Positions 9,149 through 18,547 of a stretch of DNA of 64,000 nucleotides are shown here, piece after piece (position 1 is the first letter of the stretch; each line of letters begins with the position of its first letter). The notes under the pieces are model-generated. The model had not been told where the DNA came from. It saw only the letters and a program-made list of their open reading frames with translations, and did not search any database. A program made the position numbers and the translations under genes. The stretch comes from Candidatus Parcubacteria bacterium (GTDB lineage Bacteria > Patescibacteriota > Minisyncoccia > JACPXH01): the NCBI GenBank assembly GCA_016196625.1, contig JACPXH010000007.1, positions 18,631-82,630 of the forward strand. Direction: 5' to 3'.

Positions 9149-9709
9149 ATGGCAACCGTAGCACACCGTCTTCCGTACGGCGCTCTCACGAAAGCTATTC
9201 TCACGACTCTGGCGGCAGGGTCATTGGTTCTCGCCGTGGCGACGCTCCCTGGTTTGGCATTGGCACTTCGGCCCTTCTTGCCGCGCAGGCGGCACCATTC
9301 CACAGCCGTGCGGCAAGCAACGTATCGGCTCGCGAAGCAGCGTCTGGTGAAGCTTCAGCAGCGTGGTCGCCGCACCACCGTGGCGCTGACGGAAACTGGC
9401 AAGCAGCGCGCGCTCCGATATCGGGTCGCAAATCTTGCCATCAAAAAGCCGAAACAATGGGACGGTCGGTGGCGCATAGTTATTTTCGACATCCCCGAGG
9501 AACGGAAAGCGGTCCGCGAAGCACTCCGGGCGAAATTCCGAAGCCTTGAGTTCTACCAGCTTCAACGGAGCGTGTTTATCACCCCGTACGCCTGTCGCGA
9601 GGTGATTGAGTTCCTCAAGAGTTACTTCCATATCGATCGGTACGTACACTATGGAGAGTTGACGGCTATTGATTGCGATCGCTTTCTCCGCGAGCAGTTC
9701 GAGGTGTAG
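9149..9709 (+). CDS. PaaX-family-like transcriptional regulator (short form: wHTH + WDGRW..FDIPE core)
   Basis: wHTH LAKQRLVKLQQRGRRTTVALTETGKQRAL then WDGRWRIVIFDIPEERKAVREALRAKFRSLEFYQLQRSVFITPY, matching PaaX middle-domain motif (WDGKW..) and resembling the Cas2 fold signature. Confidence 0.5.
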   Translation: MATVAHRLPYGALTKAILTTLAAGSLVLAVATLPGLALALRPFLPRRRHHSTAVRQATYRLAKQRLVKLQQRGRRTTVALTETGKQRALRYRVANLAIKKPKQWDGRWRIVIFDIPEERKAVREALRAKFRSLEFYQLQRSVFITPYACREVIEFLKSYFHIDRYVHYGELTAIDCDRFLREQFEV

Positions 9710-9857
9710 GTTCAACACTGGCTTTTTCGGAATTTCGAAAAACATCTTTCAGCGATCGCCTATAGATGTTTATCCAGCACCTTTCAGAATACCCCGCGGG
9801 AAGGTGCTGGATTTATCTGTGCTTCGATCGTTTAACGGGTGCGACGTTCCCGGATTC

Positions 9858-11504
9858 TTATTCGAGCGGATTGCGCTCGACCGGGTAGAGGGCCGGTGAT
9901 TTGTAGTTTGACCAGAATGTTTTTTTGCCGATGAGTTCGCCGTTGCGGCTCACGATCTGGGTTATTTTGGCCTTGAGCGAGCCGTCAGGGTTTTTCTCAA
10001 ATTCGTAAGGACCGTCAATTGTAACCTCACGGCCGTCAGGGGCGCCAAAAAAGTCAATGGTGAGGTTTGTACCTTCGACGCGGGTCTGGATTAGAATTGG
10101 GGCGTTCGTGTCATTCCGAAATACGAGATCCGGGCCGCCCGGATAGATGGTCGCGTCAAACCCTTGGGGCGTGCCGTAGTAGCGGACCGGATAGGCGTGC
10201 GGGAAGCGCTTCAAGATTTCGAGGCCGGCTTTGGCGGCCGCGCGGAACATGGTGGTTGAAACTTGGCACACCCCGCCGCCGTATTCGGGCACGGTCTTGC
10301 CGTTTTTGATCACGAGCGCGATGTGGTAGCCGGTGGTGGCGTCAATGGGGCCGATGGTTTCGTTAAACGAGAACGTGGCTCCGGCTTCAACCAGAAGGCC
10401 ATTGTACCGTTCGGCAGCCACTTTGATGTTGTGGCTGCGCGCGGGGGTGGAACCGTTAAAATCAGTCTCCCCCCGGCCGAGCAGCGCCGTGATGCCAAGT
10501 TCACGCAGCCGCTCCAAGCTGACCGCCGCACTTTTGTTGGCAACGAGCAAGGACAGCACTTCAGTGTTTGTTTCAAGGATGTGCCGGGTTATGCGCGGTA
10601 CGTTTTCTTCAATGAGCAAGTCTGCGCCGTTCCGGCTGGGGGTGGCTTCGGTTAGGATCCCGTTCTGTTCGGCAAGGTATGCTTGAGACGGATCGCGGTG
10701 GACCGATGGCGCAAGGTCGGCCAGGAATCCGCGCACCGCATCCGGTTCGAGCCTTTCGTCTGGCGCCGTGAGCGTGAGCCACGGTTTGAGCACGTCTGTG
10801 GTGATTGCGAGCACCCGGCCGTCCACGCTGAACCGAAACGGAGCTGTGGCGAGAATGCGGTACGCATCTGTTTGCACGCGCGCAAGTTGAGTTCCAGTGG
10901 TCGCGGGCGCGCGCGAAACCAGTGAAACGTTGAAAGGCGGGTGCGAGGACTGGAGTTGTTCGGTTGCGTCTGCCAGTTGCGTCTTGAGTTTTGTGCGATC
11001 AATGACAAGACCGTTCTGCCCGGGTGTGATCGCGAGCGTATCTCCTCGCCAAGTGAGCGCCGGCTCTCGTACTGCCCGCTCCAGATCCCCAAAGTGTTCT
11101 TTCAGGAAATGTGCCAGCGTGAGTTCGTTCAGGCGGTAGGCTACCCGAATGCGGCGGGGCTTCAAGAATAGCTCGACTTGTTCGATGAGCGCCCGGAGCG
11201 GGTTCGGGTTGTGCCCCGCTTGCCAGATTGCCGCCAGAGTTTCCTTGGCGTCGATGGTGAGACCCAGCTCGGCCGGCGTGGCCCCGATAGAGTTCGCTTC
11301 AGATGTAAAGATGAATGAGGCGGCACTAAAACGGTCGATGCGGGCCCCCAGGAGAGCTGAGGCTTCATTCCTCGTAAGCTCCCCAAACGAAAGATCGCCC
11401 ACGCGCACGCCCCGGGCTACCTGTCCGCTGTTGGCGGAAGAGAACACGGCCAGGCCTAGGCCGGCTAGGAGGAAAACGGCAGTCGCGATTCTCAAAATTC
11501 TCAT
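9858..11504 (-). CDS. VanW-family protein
   Basis: N-terminal TM, GGGVCQVSTTMFRAA motif typical of VanW domain; 548 aa. Confidence 0.7.
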   Translation of the reverse strand: MRILRIATAVFLLAGLGLAVFSSANSGQVARGVRVGDLSFGELTRNEASALLGARIDRFSAASFIFTSEANSIGATPAELGLTIDAKETLAAIWQAGHNPNPLRALIEQVELFLKPRRIRVAYRLNELTLAHFLKEHFGDLERAVREPALTWRGDTLAITPGQNGLVIDRTKLKTQLADATEQLQSSHPPFNVSLVSRAPATTGTQLARVQTDAYRILATAPFRFSVDGRVLAITTDVLKPWLTLTAPDERLEPDAVRGFLADLAPSVHRDPSQAYLAEQNGILTEATPSRNGADLLIEENVPRITRHILETNTEVLSLLVANKSAAVSLERLRELGITALLGRGETDFNGSTPARSHNIKVAAERYNGLLVEAGATFSFNETIGPIDATTGYHIALVIKNGKTVPEYGGGVCQVSTTMFRAAAKAGLEILKRFPHAYPVRYYGTPQGFDATIYPGGPDLVFRNDTNAPILIQTRVEGTNLTIDFFGAPDGREVTIDGPYEFEKNPDGSLKAKITQIVSRNGELIGKKTFWSNYKSPALYPVERNPLE

Positions 11505-11514
11505 GGTGAATGCA

Positions 11515-11544
11515 GAGCAGGTCCGCCAGCCGGCGGACCTGCTC
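11515..11544 (-). terminator. hairpin terminator downstream of hsp20 gene
   Basis: perfect 12-bp stem agcaggtccgcc/ggcggacctgct, loop agcc. Confidence 0.45.
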
Positions 11545-11574
11545 TAAGTTTCCAAAGCCGATACGGGAGCCCGG

Positions 11575-12117
11575 TTAGATGGTCTTGACCGAAATGCGTT
11601 TACTCTTTTCTTTTTCCGCCTTGGGGAGCCGCACCGTGAGGATGCCGTTGTTTAAGATGGCTTCGGTCTCCTCTACTTTGATGTCCACCGGCAGGATGAC
11701 AGACCTCGAGAAAGCGCCCCAGTAACATTCTTGGTAGTAGTATTGATCGTCGGTCGGGTGCTCGTCGCGTTCGCGCTTGCCCTTTATAGTAATCATGTCG
11801 TTCGTGATCGAAATATCAAGGTTATCGCGCGTAACGCCGGCAATGGTGGATTTGATGACGATGTCCGCGGGCGTTTGGTAAACGTCTATAGTGAGTTGTC
11901 CCTCAGGCTCTTGGAGCCAGTCCTCCTTTTTTGTCGTTGGACGGGGAGTCTGCGGGGCGGGGGACTCGGGTTCGTTCACCGCAGTAACGAGGATCGCGGG
12001 CGTTTGCGGCTCGGCCGGAGCCGGTTGGGACGGAGGTGTCGGTTGCGGACTCGCCGGAGTTTCCGGTTCGTCCGGAGTAGACATGCCGGTCAAACGCTCG
12101 AAAAAAGATGGTGCCAT
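11575..12117 (-). CDS. Hsp20/alpha-crystallin family small heat-shock protein with Pro-rich N-terminal extension
   Basis: alpha-crystallin domain ..ILPVDIKVEETEAILNNGILTVRLPKAEK. Confidence 0.75.
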   Translation of the reverse strand: MAPSFFERLTGMSTPDEPETPASPQPTPPSQPAPAEPQTPAILVTAVNEPESPAPQTPRPTTKKEDWLQEPEGQLTIDVYQTPADIVIKSTIAGVTRDNLDISITNDMITIKGKRERDEHPTDDQYYYQECYWGAFSRSVILPVDIKVEETEAILNNGILTVRLPKAEKEKSKRISVKTI

Positions 12118-12123
12118 AGGAGT

Positions 12124-12828
12124 TTAGGTGGCGCGTCCGGCAATGCGTTTGAGGCGGGCCAGATACGCAGCCACAGTAAGAATAAGTGAAATCAGGAGGA
12201 CTCCAAGGAGCACAATGGAGACTCGACTATTGATCAGTATAAGCGAGTTGAAGAGTGCGTGCAAGAGCGTGGCGAGCCCCAAGCCGAGTGCCAACAAGAG
12301 CGTTGTTCTCTCGCGCATGATGAGCCCGAGCGCAAAGAAGTACCCCAGCACCGCTGACGTAAGCACGTGCAGTAGCGTTGCGCCCACAAATCGAAGTCCG
12401 GCCACTTGGATCCCGAATCCAACCGACTGTCCGAACGGAGCCCACAAGAAAAAGAAGTTTTCCACGGCGGCAAAGCCGAGCGCACTCACAATGAGGTACA
12501 TCATGGCATCGACCGGCTCGTCGAACTCACGGCTGTGGCTTACCCCGAGTGCGACCACCGAGAACTTGAGCACCTCTTCGATAAACGCAAAGCCGGTGAA
12601 AGCGAAGAACGAAGGGGCGGTGGCCGCTCCGCACGCTCCGCCCAATAGCTGCCACCAGCTGCACTCGAGTAGGAGTGCTATGGGCGTTACGGCCATGCCG
12701 CCCGCAAAGACGGCGAGCACGAGACGTTTGGGTTCCGGGTGCTCGTCTTCGTGCAAGTAGAAGACGAGCCACACCAAACTCGCCCCGAGGGCGGCGACAA
12801 TAGAGAGAAAAGGAAGTCCGCTGATCAT
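12124..12828 (-). CDS. PrsW-family intramembrane metalloprotease
   Basis: EEVLKFS, FAAVENFFF and HALFNS motifs in multi-TM protein. Confidence 0.6.
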   Translation of the reverse strand: MISGLPFLSIVAALGASLVWLVFYLHEDEHPEPKRLVLAVFAGGMAVTPIALLLECSWWQLLGGACGAATAPSFFAFTGFAFIEEVLKFSVVALGVSHSREFDEPVDAMMYLIVSALGFAAVENFFFLWAPFGQSVGFGIQVAGLRFVGATLLHVLTSAVLGYFFALGLIMRERTTLLLALGLGLATLLHALFNSLILINSRVSIVLLGVLLISLILTVAAYLARLKRIAGRAT

Positions 12829-15302
12829 TTGTCGAACAGGTGAACGGTGAGGCCTGCCTCTATGGTGGCCGAGTGGCTGGCGTTAGGTGGCGCAGCGCCC
12901 GTGGTGAACACCTCCCACGCATCCAGACGCGCGAGGTGTTTTATGAGCGCCGCCTCGGCCTGGAGGAGCTTTAAGTGCCTGTTCGCATAACTCAAAGCCG
13001 CGGCAGGCGTTTTCGGATCAAACCCGGCTGCCTGACGCAGCCGACGCAGAGCGGTGACGACGGCGCGCACGGTGGCAAACTGGACCTCGGTTTTCCGATC
13101 GGTGCGCTCAGGAGCGCTGTGCGGCCACGGCGCAATCAGGAGGAGTTCTGTCGGCAGTCCCTTAACGTGCTGGCGGGCGAGTTGCCAGAGATGTTCGGTG
13201 AGAAACGGCATGAAGGGATGCCAGAGAACGAGTATGCGCGTGATGACATACGCAAGTAGCGCATCTTTCGCGCCCTCAATTTTGGCGATCTCAAGGTACC
13301 AGTCGGCCAGTTCTTCCCAGGTAAACGCGCGGAGTCTCTCGCCCGCCTGCGAGAGCCGCAGCGCTTCGATGTCAGCGGTTACCTCGTGGGTAAGCGTCTC
13401 AAGCCGCAAGAGGATCCAGCGGTCGGCCAACGTGCGGGGCCGGGGCGTTTTCGGCACGGTTGTGCCCGCCTTCATGGTGAGAAACATGAAGCGCGCGATG
13501 TTGAAGAGTTTGTTTGAGAAATTTCTCAGGCCCGCGATTTTGGCCTCCGAGAGCTTCATGTCTTGACCCGGAGTGTTGCCGATGATGAGTGAAAGGCGCG
13601 TCGCGTCGGCGCCGTATTTGGCGGCCATCTCCAAGGGGTCAATAACGTTGCCAAGAGATTTCGACATCTTTCGGCCTTCACCATCGCGCACGAGCCCATG
13701 CAGGTACACCGTGCGGAACGGCACCTCGCCCAGAGCGTAGGTGGACATCATGATCATGCGCGCGACCCAGAAGAATAAAATGTCATAGCCGGTCTCCAGG
13801 ACTGACGTGGGGTGGTAGGTTTTGAGATCTTTGGTTTTGTCCGGCCAGCCGAGGGTCGAGAAAGTCCACAGCGCCGAGGAGAACCAGGTGTCGAGCGTGT
13901 CCGGGTCTTGTTTCCAGCCATCGCCTTTCGGCGGTTCAACGCCAACGTAGATTTCGTCGTCGCGAGACAACCTTGAACCCTGAACTTTGTTTGTCCGTCG
14001 AAGCCTTGGCGCAGGCGGGAACCCTGAACTTTTCTTGTACCACACCGGAATTCGGTGCCCGAACCAAATCTGGCGCGAGATGGTCCAGTCATGCAGGTTT
14101 CTCATCCAGTGGAAGTAGATTTTGGAAAAGCGTTCGGGGACAACGTTGATGGCGCCGGATTTGACCGCGTCGGTCGCGAGTTGCTTTATGGTTTTGCCGC
14201 GCCCGGGGATTTTTTTGTTGACCGCCACAAACCACTGCAAAGACGGCAACGGCTCGATCGGCGTGGCGCACCGGTAGCAGACCGAGAGGTTGTGTTCGTA
14301 ATCCTCGATTTTTTCGATCAGTCCCAGTTTCTGGAGTTCTGCCACGATCTTCTCGCGGGCCTCTTTGACGGTGAATCCGGCATAGGCGCCCGCCTGTTTG
14401 GTCATCCGGCCGTCTTCGCCGATAACCTGGCGCGATGCGAGTTTATGGCGCGCGCCGATTTCCGCGTCCACAAAGTCGTGTGCCGGCGTTACTTTGATGA
14501 TGCCGGTGCCGAAAGTCGGATCAACCGCCCGGTCCGCGACAACCTTGAGCGTAACTTCGCCATCTATCGATTTAACCTGTAGCTCCTTGCCGACGTAGCG
14601 TTGGTAGCGTTTGTCGTTTGGGTGCACGGCAAGCGCGGTATCCCCAAGTTTTGTCTCCGGGCGGACCGTAGCCAGCGTGAAGGGTCCGTATTTGATGTAG
14701 TAGAGTTTTCCCTTTGTCGGCTGGTATTCGACTTCATCATCAGAGAGCGTCGAGCGACACCGCGGGCACCAGTTCACGATCCGCGTGCCGCGGTAGATGA
14801 GGCCGTCTCCGTAAAGACGCACGAAAATTTCTGCAACCGCGCGGGATAGTCCAGCGTCTAATGTGTAACGCTCCCGCGACCAGTCCACCGAAGCGCCCAA
14901 GGCTCGGATTTGGCCGCGGATGGTGCTCTTTGAGTTTTCAGCAAAGGCCTCAACGCGTTTGAGGAATGCCTCCCGTCCCAGGTGCTCGCGCGAGGATCCT
15001 TCTGTGGCGAGCTCTCGCTCGACGACATTTTGCGTGGCTATAGCCGCATGATCCGTGCCCGGCAGCCAGAGCGTTTTGTAGCTGGCCATGCGGTGGTAGC
15101 GCGCGAGGATATCTTGGACTCCCAGCATGACGGCGTGGCCCACGTGGAGCACCCCTGTTGCGTTTGGCGGGGGGAGCGCCATGGAGAAGACTTTTAGGCG
15201 TTTACCGGGGAGGTTATCCGGGTTAAAGAACCCCGATGCTTCCCAGAGGGCTTCGATGTTGCTCTCGACGTCGCGGGGTGCGTATGCTTTGGGGAGGTTC
15301 AT
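12825..15302 (-). CDS. valS: valyl-tRNA synthetase
   Basis: PPPNATGVLHVGHA (HIGH), KMSKSLGN; likely start MNLPKAYAP at 15302 rather than ORF-track 15533; 4-nt overlap with prsW. Confidence 0.93.
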   Translation of the reverse strand: MNLPKAYAPRDVESNIEALWEASGFFNPDNLPGKRLKVFSMALPPPNATGVLHVGHAVMLGVQDILARYHRMASYKTLWLPGTDHAAIATQNVVERELATEGSSREHLGREAFLKRVEAFAENSKSTIRGQIRALGASVDWSRERYTLDAGLSRAVAEIFVRLYGDGLIYRGTRIVNWCPRCRSTLSDDEVEYQPTKGKLYYIKYGPFTLATVRPETKLGDTALAVHPNDKRYQRYVGKELQVKSIDGEVTLKVVADRAVDPTFGTGIIKVTPAHDFVDAEIGARHKLASRQVIGEDGRMTKQAGAYAGFTVKEAREKIVAELQKLGLIEKIEDYEHNLSVCYRCATPIEPLPSLQWFVAVNKKIPGRGKTIKQLATDAVKSGAINVVPERFSKIYFHWMRNLHDWTISRQIWFGHRIPVWYKKSSGFPPAPRLRRTNKVQGSRLSRDDEIYVGVEPPKGDGWKQDPDTLDTWFSSALWTFSTLGWPDKTKDLKTYHPTSVLETGYDILFFWVARMIMMSTYALGEVPFRTVYLHGLVRDGEGRKMSKSLGNVIDPLEMAAKYGADATRLSLIIGNTPGQDMKLSEAKIAGLRNFSNKLFNIARFMFLTMKAGTTVPKTPRPRTLADRWILLRLETLTHEVTADIEALRLSQAGERLRAFTWEELADWYLEIAKIEGAKDALLAYVITRILVLWHPFMPFLTEHLWQLARQHVKGLPTELLLIAPWPHSAPERTDRKTEVQFATVRAVVTALRRLRQAAGFDPKTPAAALSYANRHLKLLQAEAALIKHLARLDAWEVFTTGAAPPNASHSATIEAGLTVHLFDK

Positions 15303-15381
15303 GGGCGGTGGTTGCGTTTTTTCCTGTGTATCCGTATTATGGCGATTCGGCTTGCAGCGCGCAACGATTGAGGAGGGGACG

Positions 15382-16047
15382 ATGGCGGTAGAGCTGGTAA
15401 CGGAATGCCGTGAAGCGCTCCGGCGGGTGTATCGCCTGGTTTCGGTCTTGCGTTCGGCGTTGATCTGTGCGTATACTCTCGGCAGGTTCATTGAGGAAGG
15501 CAGTTCTCGAAATAACGAAGGAGGGCCTGCCATGGCGGTCCGAACGGAGTGTCAGCGTGTACGCAGTGAGATATTTCACTTGCGTGGTGGTGGCCGGATG
15601 CTGCAAGGAGCGATCCTCCACATCGTGGGGTGCCGCAGGGGGATATGCGCGGGCATCTGGAACGGTTGGGCACAGCTTCTGGCGAGCGCTGCGCGGCTCC
15701 GGGCAGCGTGTGGGCGAGCGGCGGCACCTTCGGTTCCCCACGGATCGCAACACGACTGTGCGTGGGCGCAGAGGACGTTGCGTGAGCCAACTGCCGATGA
15801 GTTGGTCCGGGCAGCCACCGTCCACATCGTCTCGTGCGCGGACGCAGACGGAGCACAGTGCCTGGCAATGAAACAGGCACTCGTCCAGTATCTGAGCGCG
15901 TTGCGGGCGCTCAACAATCCCGGGCAACTCGAGTTGCCCGAAGAAGTACGGGAAGCGCTGGCGCGAGGCAAGTATCTTGCGCCGCCGCATTGGCCCATGG
16001 TAGAGCCGTTCGCGATACTCAGCGATTTGCGCAGGGGATCTGGCTAA
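15382..16047 (+). CDS. hypothetical Arg/Cys/Ala-rich protein with internal N-terminal duplication
   Basis: strong SD gaggagggga before ATG 15382, own terminator at 16080; MAVELVTECREALRRVYRL / MAVRTECQRVRSEIFHL duplication; no known domain. Confidence 0.4.
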   Translation: MAVELVTECREALRRVYRLVSVLRSALICAYTLGRFIEEGSSRNNEGGPAMAVRTECQRVRSEIFHLRGGGRMLQGAILHIVGCRRGICAGIWNGWAQLLASAARLRAACGRAAAPSVPHGSQHDCAWAQRTLREPTADELVRAATVHIVSCADADGAQCLAMKQALVQYLSALRALNNPGQLELPEEVREALARGKYLAPPHWPMVEPFAILSDLRRGSG

Positions 16048-16079
16048 CGCATCTCGCGTTTGCTCTTGGGGGGTACACC

Positions 16080-16127
16080 GCGGCCGATCGCTCAACGCGT
16101 TGAGCGATCGGCCGCAATTCTTTTTAT
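16080..16127 (+). terminator. Rho-independent terminator (perfect 18-bp palindrome + T-run)
   Basis: gcggccgatcgctcaacg|cgttgagcgatcggccgc then aattcttttta. Confidence 0.65.
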
Positions 16128-16153
16128 GCGTCGCCGCGCACGCCATGCGGGTT

Positions 16154-17334
16154 TTACAGCCCGAGATTCGCGTCAGCACCGAGGTACTGCCATGAGACGG
16201 TTGTCGGTCGCCGCGACGTCGCGATGGCCGCGGCCATCGCCACCATCACCGCGTTATCGGTAGAGAGATTCCTTTCGGGCGCATAGACGCGTGGGGCGGT
16301 CGGGAGCAGTTTTGCTTGTTTGCGCAGCTCACGGCGAAGCTTTTGGTTGGCGGCGACTCCGCCCGCAAGAAAAATGGTGTGTGCGCGGTGTTCGCGGGCG
16401 GCGCGCATGGTCTTTATGACGAGTACGTCCACGATTGCGGCTTCAAAGCTTGCGGCGAGGTCCGCTTTTCTTTGGATGAATGTTGGATTGTCCCTGAGCA
16501 GATAGAGGAGTGCCGTTTTGAGGCCTGCGAAACTGAATTCGTGGTTTTGTCCGCCAGCTGGCGGATTTATCATGGGGCGAGGGAAATTGAACGCAGCGGG
16601 GTTGCCTTGTCTGGCCAGTTTGGCAAGATGCGGGCCGCCGGGGAAGGGAATCCCGAGGAGCCGCGCACCCTTGTCAAAGGCCTCGCCAGCTGCGTCGTCC
16701 CGCGTCTCGCCCAAGACGCGATATTTTTTGAGCGATTTAAGCACGATGAGTTGGGTGTGCCCGCCAGAAACAGTTAGGCATACGATGGGGTAGTGAAAGG
16801 TTCGACGCGGGCCATAGAAATTGGAATAGAGATGCGCCTCCATGTGGTTGACTGGGATGAGCGGTTTGCCCCACGCATACGCAAGGGCACGGGCGAAGTT
16901 GACTCCCACCCAGAGCGCCGGCGCGAGTCCCGGTCCGATCGTGACGGCGAGGGCGTCAATTGCCGGAACGTGCGTGAGGAGTGGAGATGCTCCTAGTCGC
17001 GTGAGTAAATCCGGCTCGCGTTCGAGGATTGTAGCTAGGGGTAAGTAGCTAGTAGTTAGGGTTTTCTTCTTTCGTACCCTAACCCCTAACTTCTGACCCC
17101 TAGCTACTGCGAGAAGTTTTGCTTCCCGCAGTGCGTGTATCACGACCGGCACCAGGTTTCTCTGATGTTCTCTCTTGGCAAGATTCGGCACCACGCCGCC
17201 GAACGGCGCGTGGGTTTTCACTTGCGAGGAGACGACGTTGGAGAGAATCTTGAAGCGAGGCGCAGTTTTCCCCGCGGCCTCAACGATCGCGATCGCCGTT
17301 TCGTCGCAGCTCGTTTCGATGGCGAGAATGCGCA
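16154..17334 (-). CDS. tsaD: tRNA N6-adenosine threonylcarbamoyltransferase TsaD with ~45-aa in-frame insertion
   Basis: MRILAIETSCDETAIAIV, GPGL, HMEAH, GGHTQL, DDAAGEAFDK motifs; start at 17334 preferred. Confidence 0.9.
17031..17107. repeat. imperfect palindrome embedded in-frame in tsaD (gtagctaggggtaagtagctagtagttagggt ... accctaacccctaacttctgacccctagctac)
   Basis: arms are reverse complements (ctaggggt/acccctag, gttagggt/accctaac); lies inside the segment absent from E. coli TsaD. Confidence 0.6.
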
Positions 17335-17411
17335 TCCCGCAGAGCATACCGGAATTATTGCCGCTTTTCAATCTTTTTGGTACTCTATTGCAATACAAGG
17401 CGAGGAAACGG

Positions 17412-17487
17412 GGCCCCATCGTCTAGAGGCCCAGGACACGAGCTTTTCAAGCTCGGTACATGGGTTCGAATCCCATTGGGGCCGCCA
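17412..17487 (+). tRNA. tRNA-Glu (anticodon TTC) with encoded CCA
   Basis: acceptor GGCCCCA/TGGGGCC, anticodon stem CGAGC/GCTCG loop TTTTCAA, T-loop TTCGAAT. Confidence 0.88.
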
Positions 17488-17547
17488 AGCACGGATTACT
17501 TGCACGCGCAGTTTGAAGGAGTCGCCACGGGACTCCGATGACGTGGT

Positions 17548-18522
17548 ATGACATCTCCAAAACTATATCAAGCCCTCGATCGTTTCACCGCCAAGAAGAT
17601 TGGCGTGGTTGGCGATCTCATTTGGGATCACTATATTACGGGCGAAGTTGAGCGGATTTCACCAGAGGCGCCGGTACCGGTGGTGATGAACCACCGCGAG
17701 TTCGGCGTGCCCGGTGGAGCCGGTAACGTGGCGGCCAATATTCAGGCGCTCGGAGGCGAGGCATGGGTGGTGGGGGTGGTGGGGAAGGATATCTCCGGCG
17801 AGACGTTGCTCGTTGAGTTTGCCACGCGGGGGATTCATTCGGACGGTGTCGTGCGTTTGGGGCATCGTCCGACGACCCAGAAAACTCGCGTGTTGGTTCG
17901 GGGTCAGCAGGTGTTGCGAGTTGATCGGGAAACCGCCCAGGACATTGACGCGGACGCGCGCAAGGCCTTGGTGCGGTTCATCCGCGCGCATCTGCCGGGA
18001 TGGGATGCCGTGGCCATTTCTGATTATGCGAAAGGGATGTTCGGGACCGGTCTCATGCGGGACGTGATTCGTCTTGCGCGCCGCCACCGTAAGCCGGTCG
18101 TCGGCGACATCAAGCCCGCGCACCGCACCGAAGCGAAAGGCATGACGCTGCTCGCACCGAACGCGTTTGAAGCCGCGGGCATTACGGGGCTTCGCGACGT
18201 TCAATTGGCCGGTAAGGCCATCCAGCGGCGGCTCCATTGTGATGTGGTGATTACGCAGGGGAATCGCGGCATGACGCTATTTATTGGCAAGCGGGTAGAA
18301 CATTTCCCGACACAGGCGCGGGAGGTGTTCGACGTGACCGGAGCCGGCGATACCGTGGTCGCGGCGCTCGTGTTGTCGCTCGCGGCAAAACTGTCAATGC
18401 GAGATGCGGTGCGAGCCGGGAACTGTGCTGCGGGCATTGTGGTAGGCAAGCACGGGACCGCAACCGTTTCGCTCACAGAGCTTAAGCAGGAGTTGCGGAA
18501 ACAGGGTTCGGTGGCGGCGTAA
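17548..18522 (+). CDS. hldE: D-glycero-beta-D-manno-heptose-7-phosphate kinase (HldE/RfaE domain I, PfkB family)
   Basis: VVGDLIWDHY..ISPEAPVPV, DVTGAGDTV, GxGN motifs closely matching E. coli HldE N-domain. Confidence 0.75.
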   Translation: MTSPKLYQALDRFTAKKIGVVGDLIWDHYITGEVERISPEAPVPVVMNHREFGVPGGAGNVAANIQALGGEAWVVGVVGKDISGETLLVEFATRGIHSDGVVRLGHRPTTQKTRVLVRGQQVLRVDRETAQDIDADARKALVRFIRAHLPGWDAVAISDYAKGMFGTGLMRDVIRLARRHRKPVVGDIKPAHRTEAKGMTLLAPNAFEAAGITGLRDVQLAGKAIQRRLHCDVVITQGNRGMTLFIGKRVEHFPTQAREVFDVTGAGDTVVAALVLSLAAKLSMRDAVRAGNCAAGIVVGKHGTATVSLTELKQELRKQGSVAA

Positions 18523-18547
18523 GCTCGATGTACTCCTCCTCGTAGGG

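Noticed and set aside
9149-9709. Cas2 stand-alone gene
   Set aside because: The architecture (N-terminal wHTH + WDGRW core) matches PaaX-family regulators and no cas1 or repeats are nearby. Kept only as a fold-level resemblance.
15337-16179. 280-aa minus-strand ORF between valS and tsaD
   Set aside because: No RBS and a junk-like Arg/Pro-rich composition. It overlaps a + strand ORF that has a strong SD and its own terminator, so it is treated as a GC-rich shadow ORF.
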